A DNA stretch of 64,000 nt from Anaeramoeba ignava BMAN (lineage: Eukaryota > Protista > Anaeramoebae), in contig JAPDFW010000065.1 in the NCBI GenBank assembly GCA_028826165.1, positions 434,001 through 498,000 on the forward strand, written 5' to 3'. The translations under genes were made by a program, and so were the position numbers. Position 1 is the first letter of the stretch, and every line of letters begins with the position of its first letter. Below, piece by piece: positions 48,695 through 59,319 of this stretch. The notes beneath the pieces were generated by a model. The model was not told the DNA's origin, made no database searches, and saw only the letters and a list, made by a program, of their open reading frames with translations.

Positions 48695-51600
48695 TTAAAA
48701 TTTTGATTTAAATTCTTGTAAAAATAAATCTAAAATTGAATTTTGATTTAATTGAAAATAATCTTTAACATCTCCAAATTCTTCAATGATTGGTTTTGAA
48801 ATTGTTTTTGTTTCATCAAATTCATCATTATAAAGAAAATAAATTAATTGATTTAATGTTTCAAATGATTTGCCTGAATAATCATGAACTTGATTAGATT
48901 TATCTTCAGTTACAGATAAAAACATTCCTCGAAATAATTCACTTCTTAAAAATAATATTAATTTATGAACTTTGATCTCTATTTCATCTTCATTTTGAAT
49001 TTGATTTTGATTTTGATTTTGATTTTGATTTTCATTTTGATTTTGATTTTCATTTTGATTTTCATTTTGATTTTGATTTTGATTTTGATTTTGATTTTGA
49101 ATTTTATTTTGATTTTGATTTTCATTTTGATTTTGATTTTGATTTTGATTTTGATTTTGATTTTGATTTTCATTTTGATTTTGATTTTGATTTTGATTTT
49201 GATTTTGATTTTGATTTTGATTTTGATTTTGATTTTGATTTTGATTTTGATTTTGATTTTGATTTTGATTTTGATTTTGATTTTGATTTTGATTTTGATT
49301 TTGATTTTGATTTTGATTTTGATTTTGATTTTGATTTTGATTTTGATTTTGATTTTGATTTTGATTTTGATTTTGATTTTGATTTTCATTTTGATTTTGA
49401 TTTTGATTTTGATTTTGATTTTGATTTTCATTTTCATTTTGTGAATAAATTATCTTAAAATCTTTTGTTGATTCATTTCCATATAAACCACGAAGATCTG
49501 ATAATATTCCTTTTCTTCCTTTTTTTGTTTCAATCCATTTGGAATCTAATCCAATTTCTTTGAAAAATTCTTCATTTTGGATCTCTTCTTGATCAAATGA
49601 AGGAAATTGATCATTATCTAAAGAATTGATTAATTTTACAAAGATATCAAAATAGGGAAATCCAGTATAAAGAAAATTTAAAGCAATTCGGACATCTTCT
49701 CTTGATTTCCGTTTGCAAATATTGATAAATTGTTGCAAAATTAAATGATCATTGTTTAATCTTGTTAATAAAATCAATCTATGAACAGGAAATTTAACAG
49801 AATCTTTTGAAAAGATTTCAAAATCAGAAAAATTGTTATTTGAGTTGAATAAATTGCTTAAATCTTGGTTCACTGAATAGATTTGAAAAAATGATTCGAT
49901 AAAATCTTGTGTGTAATATTGTTTATCTAAATTGTGGAAATTTATATCATTCAAAAATAAAGCTTTGATTGCATTCTTATTTTGTTGTTGGATTGAAAGC
50001 AAAAGAGGAGTTTGTTTGTATTTTGTTATTGCATGAATATCAGCACCCTTTTCGATTAGATATTTAAGCACTTCAAAAGATGTGATATTTTGACAAGCCT
50101 TATGGAAAGCTGTTTCTTCTGTGTATTCTGTTTTGGTGTTGATATCAATTCCTTTTTCGATGAGAAATCTTACTGTTTCAAGTGGAGTATTTTTATTTCC
50201 ACAAGCAAAATGTAAAACTGTTTGGTTCATTTTTGTTTTTGCGTTAACATCAGCACCTTTTCCCACTAAATACTCAATCACTTGAATTTTTGGATTTTTT
50301 TGGCACATTGTGTGTAAAACTGTTTGATTCATCTTCGTTTTTGAATTAATTTCACAACCTTTTTCAATTAAATACTGGATAATCTCAAACGGAAAGTTTT
50401 TTTTGCAAGCAAAATATAAAGCTGTTTCATTTCTTTTTGTTTTTGCATTGATATCGATTCCGTTCTCAACTAAATATTGAATTATTTCCAACGAGGAATC
50501 TTGTTGACAAGCATAATGTAAAGCTGTTTCATTTTCCATGGTTATTGCATTTACATCAATTCCTTGTTCAACCCAAAATTTCACATTTTCAAGCGATTTA
50601 TTGAGACAAGCAAAATGGAGTGCTGTTTCCTTTCTTTTTGTTTTTGCGTTGATGTCCAAGCCTGATTCGATTAGAAATTTTATGATATCAATGGATAAAT
50701 TGTTTTGACAAACAAAATGCAAAAGACTTTTGTTTTGGAATTTTGTCTTTTCGTTAATATTAATCCCTTGTGAAATTAAAAATTTTATTAGTTTAATTGA
50801 TGGATTCTTTCCACAAGCAAAATATAAGGCTGTTTCATTATTCATTGTCTTTATATTGAGATCAGAACCCTTTTCAACTAAATATTTGACAGTTTCCAAT
50901 GAATTTTGTTGGCACGCATAATGCAATGGGATTTGGTTAATCTTTGTTTTTGCATTCACATCAGCACCTTTAGAAATAAGATATTTAACAACTTCGATAT
51001 TATCAATATTTTTGCAGGCATAATGCAAAGCTGTTTTTTTCAAAAATAATTCTTGTGTATTAATATCAATTCCGTTTTCGATTAAATACTTAATAGTTTC
51101 AAGTGATGATCCATGTTTGTTCAGGCAAGCATAATGCAGCAATGTTTCGTTTTTGTTTGTTACTGAATTGATATTGATTCCCTGTTCAATCAAATATTTT
51201 ATAACTTCAAATGAATTGTATTGACAAGCATAATGCAAAACTGTTTCATTTTGATTATTTAAAGAATTAACATCAACTCCCTTTTCAATCAAATATTTTA
51301 TAACTTCAAGTGAGTTATATTTAGAAGCAAAATGCAGAACTGTTTCATTTTGATTATCTAAAGAATTAACATCAACTCCCTTTTCAATCAAATATTTTAT
51401 AACTTCAAGTGAGTTATATTTACAAGCATAATGCAGAACTGTTTCATTTTGATTATCTAAAGAATTAACATCAACTCCCTTTTCAATCAAATATTTTATA
51501 ACTTCAAGCGAATTATATTTACAAGCATAATGTAAAGTTGATTTATTTTTTCTAGCTTTTGCATAAATATTCGCTCCATTTTCAATTAGATAATCAATAA

Positions 51601-51958
51601 TATCAAGTGAATCTTTTGTTTTTAAATAGATTAATGAATAATGAAGAATTGTTTTATCTTTTTTATCTTTTGAATTAATTTCAACTCCATTTTTCAACAA
51701 AAAATCTATCATTTCAATATCTGAATTCTTCATAATTGCAATATGTAATGAGTTTCGTTTCCAATTATCAACTGAATTTGGATTTGCTTTTTTCTTAATT
51801 AAGACTTCAATAACTTCTTTTGAAATTTGTTTTTCAATAGCAAAATTTAAAATTGGTTTTCCTTCATTTGTTAAATTTTCATCTGAAAAATTTTCAAATT
51901 GGTTTAATAAATCAATTTCATTTTTTTGGATAATCTCAAAAATATTATTCATTATCAT
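48695..51958 (-). CDS. Ankyrin-repeat (~19 repeats) + tandem BTB protein with long (QN)n insertion
   Basis: TxLHyAC..ikyLiekGaDvN repeats. BTB motifs FSDFEI..FPVHRLIL and TKDFKII..[QN]..IKVHKLILFLRSELFRGMF. Confidence 0.92.
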   Translation of the reverse strand: MIMNNIFEIIQKNEIDLLNQFENFSDENLTNEGKPILNFAIEKQISKEVIEVLIKKKANPNSVDNWKRNSLHIAIMKNSDIEMIDFLLKNGVEINSKDKKDKTILHYSLIYLKTKDSLDIIDYLIENGANIYAKARKNKSTLHYACKYNSLEVIKYLIEKGVDVNSLDNQNETVLHYACKYNSLEVIKYLIEKGVDVNSLDNQNETVLHFASKYNSLEVIKYLIEKGVDVNSLNNQNETVLHYACQYNSFEVIKYLIEQGININSVTNKNETLLHYACLNKHGSSLETIKYLIENGIDINTQELFLKKTALHYACKNIDNIEVVKYLISKGADVNAKTKINQIPLHYACQQNSLETVKYLVEKGSDLNIKTMNNETALYFACGKNPSIKLIKFLISQGININEKTKFQNKSLLHFVCQNNLSIDIIKFLIESGLDINAKTKRKETALHFACLNKSLENVKFWVEQGIDVNAITMENETALHYACQQDSSLEIIQYLVENGIDINAKTKRNETALYFACKKNFPFEIIQYLIEKGCEINSKTKMNQTVLHTMCQKNPKIQVIEYLVGKGADVNAKTKMNQTVLHFACGNKNTPLETVRFLIEKGIDINTKTEYTEETAFHKACQNITSFEVLKYLIEKGADIHAITKYKQTPLLLSIQQQNKNAIKALFLNDINFHNLDKQYYTQDFIESFFQIYSVNQDLSNLFNSNNNFSDFEIFSKDSVKFPVHRLILLTRLNNDHLILQQFINICKRKSREDVRIALNFLYTGFPYFDIFVKLINSLDNDQFPSFDQEEIQNEEFFKEIGLDSKWIETKKGRKGILSDLRGLYGNESTKDFKIIYSQNENENQNQNQNQNQNQNENQNQNQNQNQNQNQNQNQNQNQNQNQNQNQNQNQNQNQNQNQNQNQNQNQNQNQNQNQNQNQNQNQNQNQNENQNQNQNQNQNQNQNENQNQNKIQNQNQNQNQNQNENQNENQNQNENQNQNQNQNQIQNEDEIEIKVHKLILFLRSELFRGMFLSVTEDKSNQVHDYSGKSFETLNQLIYFLYNDEFDETKTISKPIIEEFGDVKDYFQLNQNSILDLFLQEFKSKF

Positions 51959-52095
51959 TTTAAAATAATCAAAAAGAAAAAGAAAAAAATGAATTTTTGT
52001 TTTTGAAATGATTATTTTTTTTTTTAATTTTTTTATTTTTCCAAAAAAAAAAAGTGAAAAATTGTTTTGTTTTTCTTTTTTAAATTTTTAATTAT

Positions 52096-54318
52096 TTAAT
52101 TATTTAATAAATCTGCTAAAATAATTAAAGCTAATAAATCCTCTACTTTTATACCTTCTGCTAATCTTCCAACATGTTCATAAGGACAGTCAGGATTATC
52201 ACATTTTCCATGTTCAGCAAATTGTTTACAAGCTAATTTAAAAAATAAATAAAAATAAAAATAAAAATCAAAATCAAAATCAAAATCAAAATAAAAATAA
52301 AAATAAAAATAAAAATCAAAATCAATATAAAAATAAAAATCAAAATCAATATAAAAAAAGTGGATCAAATTGTTTTTTTATTGATAACTTACTTTCTTTG
52401 ATTCTTTTAGGTCGAGAATCTCGATAAAAACTATGAGTTCTTTTTTCATCAAATTCTTGTTCAATTCCTTTGAAATTTTTCCAAGCTTTTTTGAAATCTT
52501 CTCTCATAGGATTTGGATGATTATAACGACATTTTGGATATTTGTCACATTTATACCCTGAAAAACAAATGCATTGATCAACTGGATGAAGCCAAGGTTT
52601 TGAATATCTATCATTCCAGTGTTCTTTTGAATAACACCAATTGATTTTTGGATCTAAAAAATATTTACAAGTTTCTTTTACTGGTTTTTGGACAGAAACT
52701 TCTTTTGGTTGATAAACAGATTGAGGTTGATTAACAAATTGAGTTTGGTTAACAAATTGAGTTTGATTATTTGATTGATTATTATTTGGTTGATTATTAG
52801 ATTGATTATTTGGTTGATTATTATATTGACTATTTGGTTGATTATTATTTGGTTGATTATTAGATTGATTATTTGGTTGATTATATGGTTGATTATATGG
52901 TTGATTATATGATTGATTATATGATTGATTATATGATTGATTATATGATTGATTATATGATTGATTATATGGTTGATTATATGATTGATTATATGATTGA
53001 TTATATGATTGATTATATGGTTGATTATATGGTTGATTATATGGTTGATTATATGGTTGATTATATGATTGATTATATGGTTGATTATATGGTTGATTAT
53101 ATGGTGAATTATGTTGAGAATATTGTTGAGGATATTCAGGGTTATCTGCTGAACTATCACTATCATCGTCACTATCATCGTCACTATCACTTGTGGTTGA
53201 ATTTGAATTTGAATTTGAATTTGATTTTGATTTTGATTTTGATTTTGATTTTGAATTTTGATGATGTTGTTGATGTTGATGTTGATGTTGATTTTTGTTT
53301 TGGTTTTGGTTTTTTTTTCAAATTCGAAAATAAATTTGCTATTGATCTTTGCATTTTTTTAACTTGATTTCTTAAATTATCCTTTTTTTTCTTCATTTTT
53401 TTTGTATCTATTTTTTTTGCTTTATTTAATTCTGTTTGGGCTTTTTCTTTATCATTTCTAAAAAGACTTTTAATTAAATTTAAATCTTTTTTGCATTTGG
53501 TACATTTTCCATCATTTTTTTTGAGTATTTCAGAAATACAAGAAGTACAAAAAACAGCTGCATTTTTTTCACAACTTCTACATTTTGCTGTTAGTAAATA
53601 GGGTGTTCTTTTTTTGCATTTATAACATTTGGGGAATAAATCATTAATTGATTTTACAGTAAACTAGATATAATTAATATTAAAATTAAAATTAGAATCA
53701 AAATTAGAATTAGAATTAGAATTAAAATTAAAATTAGAATTAATATTAGAATTAGAATTAGAATTAAAATTAGAATTAAAATTAGAATTAGAATTAGAAT
53801 TAAAATTAGAATTAGAATTAGAATTAAAATTAGAATTAAAATTAGAATTAGAATTAGAATTATTAGAATTAGAATTAAAATTAAAATTAAAATTAAAATT
53901 AGAATTAGAATTAGAATTAGAATTAGAATTAGAATTAGAATTAGAATTAAAATTAGAATTAAAATTAAAATTAGAATTAGAATTAATATTAGAATTAGAA
54001 TTAAAATTAAAATTAGAATTAGAATTAGAATTAAAATTAAAATTAAAATTAAAATTAAAATCAAAATTAAAATTAAAATTAAAATTAAAATTAGAATTAA
54101 ATTAAAATTAGAATTAAAATTAGAATTAAAATTAGAATTAGAATTAATATTAGAATTAATATTAGAATTAGAATTAGAATTAGAATTAAAATTAGAATTA
54201 GAATTAGAATTAATATTAATATATTTACATCTTTAATTTTTTGAATTTTTCCAGAATCAACCTGTTGTTGAAAAGCAATTATTGCTAAAGTTTGTCTCTT
54301 AAAAAAAAATGTTTCCAT
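52096..54318 (-). CDS. RING-like + CCCH zinc-finger protein with (PYNQ/SYNQ)n low-complexity region
   Basis: Exons 54318-54229, 53663-~52393 (one apparent indel near 53255) and ~52234-52096. Motifs CYKC..CRSC..FCTSCI..KCTKC, CFSGYKCDKYPKCRYNHP and CKQFAEHGKCDNPDCPYEH. Confidence 0.72.
53670..54225. repeat. (ATTAGA/ATTAAA)n intronic hexamer satellite
   Basis: Direct inspection of the sequence. Confidence 0.88.
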
Positions 54319-54748
54319 TTCTCTTATTTTTCCATATGTTTCATATTTTTTAATAATTTTATCTTCTGTAAACTAATAAAAAAAAAAGGAAAAAAAAAAG
54401 GAAAAAAAATATTTGTTTGTAAAATTAAAATTAAAATTAAAATTAAATTTAAATTTAAATTCTTATTTGAAAATAATTTAATTTTTACATTTTTTGAGGT
54501 TCGAATATAAAAATTCTTTTGTTTTGGCATTTTAAATAAAAAATGGAAAAAATGGAATAAATGGAATAAATGAAAAAAAATGGAATAAATAGATTGAGTA
54601 AAAAGGAAAAAAAGGAAAAAAATGAAAAATTAAAAAATGGATTTTATTTTATTTTTTTCCTTTTTTTTTCTCCATTTTTTTTTTCATTTTTTTTCTCCAT
54701 TTCCTTTTATTTTCTTTTTTTCTTTGTTGTGTTTTTTTTTAAATTAAA

Positions 54749-57700
54749 ATGAATTATAGAATTCCTTCTTTTTCTTCTTCTTTAGGAATTTTTAAAAAAA
54801 TTTTAATTGCAAATCGGTTTGATTTTAGTTTTAAATTTTAAATTAATTTTTAAAAAGAATATTTTTGTAAAAAGTCAATTAATTTCGAAATTTTATTTTT
54901 TTTTAGTGGAGAAATTGCTTGTAGTATTATTAATACAGCAAAAAAAATGAAAATAAAAACAGTTGCAATTCATTCCCCAATTGAATATAATTCACTTCAT
55001 GTTAAACTTGCTGATGAATCAATAAATATTGTAAATCAAATTTCAATTGAAATTTCAAAATTAAATTAAAATGGAATTAAAATTGAAATTAAAATGAAAT
55101 TAAAATTAAATTAAAATTAAAATAAAATTAAAATGAAATTAAAATTAAATTAAAATTAAATTAAAATGAAATTAAAATGAAATTAAAATGAAATTAAAAT
55201 TAAAATTAAAATGAAATTAAAATGAAATTAAAATGAAATTAAAATTAAATTAAAATTAAATTAAAATGAAATTAAAATGAAATTAAAATTAAATTAAAAT
55301 GAAATTAAAATGAAATTAAAATGAAATTAAAATTAAATTTAAAATGAAATTAAAATGAAATTAAAATCAAATTAAAATTAAATTAAAATAAAATTAAATT
55401 AAAATGAAATTAAAATTAAAATGAAATTAAAATTAAAATGAAATTAAAATGAAATTAAAATGAAATTAAAATGAAATTAAAATGAAATTAAAATGAAATT
55501 AAAATGAAATTAAAATGAAATCAAAATGAAATTAAAATGAAATTAAAATGAAATTAAAATGAAATTAAAATGAAATTAAAATGAAATTAAAATGAAATTA
55601 AAATGAAATCAAAATGAAATTAAAATGAAATTAAAATGAAATTGAAAAATGAAATTAAAATTAAAAATGTAAAAATTGAAATAAAAAAATTAAAATGAAA
55701 ATAAAAATGAAATTAAAATGAAATTAAAATGAAATTAAAATGAAATTAAAATTGAAATTAAAATGAAATTAAAATGAAATTAAAATGAAATTAAAATGAA
55801 ATTAAAATGAAATTAAAATGAAATTAAAATGAAATTAAAATGAAATCAAAATGAAATTAAAATGAAATTAAAATGAAATTAAAATGAAATTAAAATGAAA
55901 TAAAAATGAAATTAAAAAATTAAAAATGAAATTAAATAAAATTAAAATTAAAATGAAATTAAAATGAAATTAAAATGAAATTAAAATGAAATTAAAATGA
56001 AATTAAAATGAAATTAAAATGAAATTAAAATGAAATTAAAATGAAATTAAAATTAAATTAAAATTAAATTAAAATGAAATTAAAATGAAATTAAAATTAA
56101 ATTAAAATGAAATTAAAATGAAATTAAAATGAAATTAAAATTAAAATTAAAATGAAATTAAAATGAAATTAAAAATTAAAAAAATTAAAAATTAAAATTG
56201 AAATTAAAAATTAAATTAAAATGAAATTAAAATGAAATTAAAATGAAATTAAAATGAAATTAAAATCAAATAAATGAAATTAAAATGAAATCAAAATGAA
56301 ATTAAAATGAAATCAAAATGAAATTAAAATGAAATTAAAATGAAATTAAAATGAAATTAAAATGAAATTAAAATGAAATTAAAATTAAATTAAAATTAAA
56401 TTAAAATGAAATTAAAATGAAATTAAAATGAAATTAAAATGAAATTAAAATGAAAATAAAATTAAAATTAAAAATGAAATTAAAATAAAATTCTAGGAAT
56501 TAAAATTGAAATGAAATTGAAATTAAAAAAAATTAAAATTAAAATTAAAATGAAATTAAAAATGAAATTAAAATGAAATTAAAATGAAATTAAAATGAAA
56601 TTAAAATGAAATTAAAATGAAATTAAAATGGAATTAAAATGAAATTAAAATTAAATTAAAATGGAATTAAAATGAAATTAAAATGGAATTAAAATGGAAT
56701 TAAAATGAAATTAAAATGAAATTAAAATGAAATTAAAATGAAATTAAAATTAAATTAAAATGAAATTAAAATGAAATCAAAATTAAATTAAAATTAAATT
56801 GAAATTAAAATTAAATTAAAATTAAATTAAAATGAAATTAAAATGAAATTAAAATGAAATTAAAATTAAAATTAAAATGGAATTAAAATGGAATTAAAAT
56901 TAAATTAAAATGAAATTAAAATGAAATTAAAATTGAATTGAAATTAAAATTAAAATGAAATTAAAATTAAATTAAATTGGAATTAAAATGAAATTAAAAT
57001 TAAATTAAAATGAAATTAAAAATTAAAATCAAAATTAAAATTAATATCAAAATGAAAATGAAATTAATATTAATATTAAAAATAAATTCAGGATTCTTAT
57101 GATCCAAAAAGTAGTTATATGGATATAAACAAAATTATACAAGCTGCTAAGAAAACAGGCGTTCAAGCAATTCATCCAGGATATGGATTTTGGAGTGAAG
57201 ATCCTGAATATGCACAAGAAGTTTTAAATAATGGATTTGCTTTTATTGGACCAAATACTAAAGCAATGTCAATAATATCATCTAAAAGTCAATCAAAACA
57301 ATTTGCTCAAAAATTGAAAATTAATTTTGTTCCTGGAAATTTGGAAAATATAACATCAGTTGAACAAACTGTTAATTTTGGTACAAATTCATCTTCAAAA
57401 TGATCAAAATAAAAATTATCAAATTGGATAATTTATTCTCTTTTTTTTTTTTTGGAAAAGCAAATCAAATTGGATTTCCTATTATGATGAAATGTAAAAA
57501 TAGACAAGGAAGCATTTTTCATGTTGCAAGAAATGAAGATGAAGTTTATTCATCTTTTCCTTTAATTCAAGACGAATTAAACAGTGTTTTTGGAAATTGT
57601 GAATTAGTTGTTGAGAAATTAATTGAAGACACACACCACATTTCTATTCAAATTATCGGTGATAATTATGGGAATGTTGTTTATTTAAATGATTGTGATT

Positions 57701-59201
57701 GTTCGATTCAAAGAAGAAACGGTAAATTTGTTGAAGAATCACCTGCTTTTGTTCTTGATGAATCAACAAGAAGAAAACTTGGATTTGAATCTGTTTTATT
57801 AGCAAAGGCATTAAATTATAATTCAGCAGGTAAAATTAATTTTGAACTAGCAAAAAAAAATAGGAATAATTTTGGACAGGCAAAATATATATAAATAATA
57901 AAAATTTCTTTCTTTCTTTTCTTTTTTTTTTTTTGATTTTTAAGGAACTTGTGAATTTTTATTTAATTCAAAAACTAAAGAAACAATGTTTTTGGAAATG
58001 AACCCAAGAATTCCTGTTGAGAATAATTTAACTAAATTTACAACAGGAATTGATCTTATTGAGTTAATGATTCGGATTTCAGCTGGAGAAAAATTACCAT
58101 TTAATCAATCACAAATTAAATTAAATGGATGTGCTTCTGAGGTTAGAATTTATGCCGAAGGTAATGATTTTATTTTTGTCTGTTTCTGTTCTTTTTGATC
58201 AATTTATTATTCTCTTTTTTTTTTTTAAAGATCCTCAAAAAGGTTTTCTTCCTTCAATTGGGACAATTATCAAATATAGTGAACCAGATCCTCGAAATAA
58301 ATACCTATTTTGCCAATCAGGAGTTGTAGAAGGAGATGAAATTACAACACATTATGATCCACTTTTGTCGATTTTAGTGACTTTTGGAAAAACAAGAACT
58401 TCAGCTTTAAAAGAAATGAAAATAGCACTTGAAGATTACGTGATTGAAGGAGTGAATCAGAATATTTCTTTTCTTCGAGCTCTTTTGGATCAAAAGGATT
58501 ACAATTCAGGCAATTTCTCAACACAATATATTGAAAAATATTGGCCAGAGGGTTTTAAAGGTGTTGAACTGAAAGAAGAATCAAGTATTCATTTAGTTGC
58601 TTCTTCTGTTGTTATTGATACAATAAGAAAATTAAGAGATTATACAATAAGTGGGAATTTGGAACCATCCAATTTTCGAAATGAGGAGATTGTGGTTCAA
58701 TTAATGAACAAGGAATATTCGTGCTTTGTTCTTGATTTTTCTGATAACGCTTTTGTTGTTGAGATTGATAAGAAAATCATTTACGTTGATGATGTTGATT
58801 GGACTGTTGACGGATATTTATTCAAAGCTTTTGTTGATGGAATTCCTGTAACTGTTCAAGTTGTAGAAAGTTTAACTCATGGTTATATTATTAGATATAT
58901 TGGAACAAAATTTCAAATTTTGGTTGGATCAAAAAGAATGTTTGAATTATTGAAATGGATGCCTCAAAAAAAAGAGATTGACCAACTCAAATTTATTGCT
59001 GCTCCAATGGCTGGTAAAATTTATTCAATGACTCAAAAAAAAAGTGGAGATTCTGTTCATAAAGGTGAAGAATTGTTTGTTATTGAAGCAATGAAAATGC
59101 AGAATAGATTAGTTGCTAAAAATTATTCAACAATAAAATCAATTTTTAAAGAAACAGGAGATAAAGTTTCAGTTGATGAAATTTTAATTGAATTTTATTA
59201 A
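54749..59201 (+). CDS. Propionyl-CoA carboxylase alpha-like (biotin carboxylase + BT + biotinyl carrier), divergent
   Basis: FKKILIANR|[42 protein letters not shown] and the biotin motif EAMKM. Multi-exon with GT-AG introns. Confidence 0.88.
55031..57091. repeat. ~2-kb intronic 11-mer satellite (AAATTAAAATG)n
   Basis: Direct inspection. GT at 55031 and AG at 57090-57091. Confidence 0.92.
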
Positions 59202-59319
59202 AGAAAAAGAAAAAGAAAAAGAAAACATTTTTCTTTTCGTTTCACAATAGTTTTAATAAAAATAATAAAATTCTTTTTTTTTAAAACTTTAATTTGATTT
59301 TTGATTTTTGATTTTTGAT

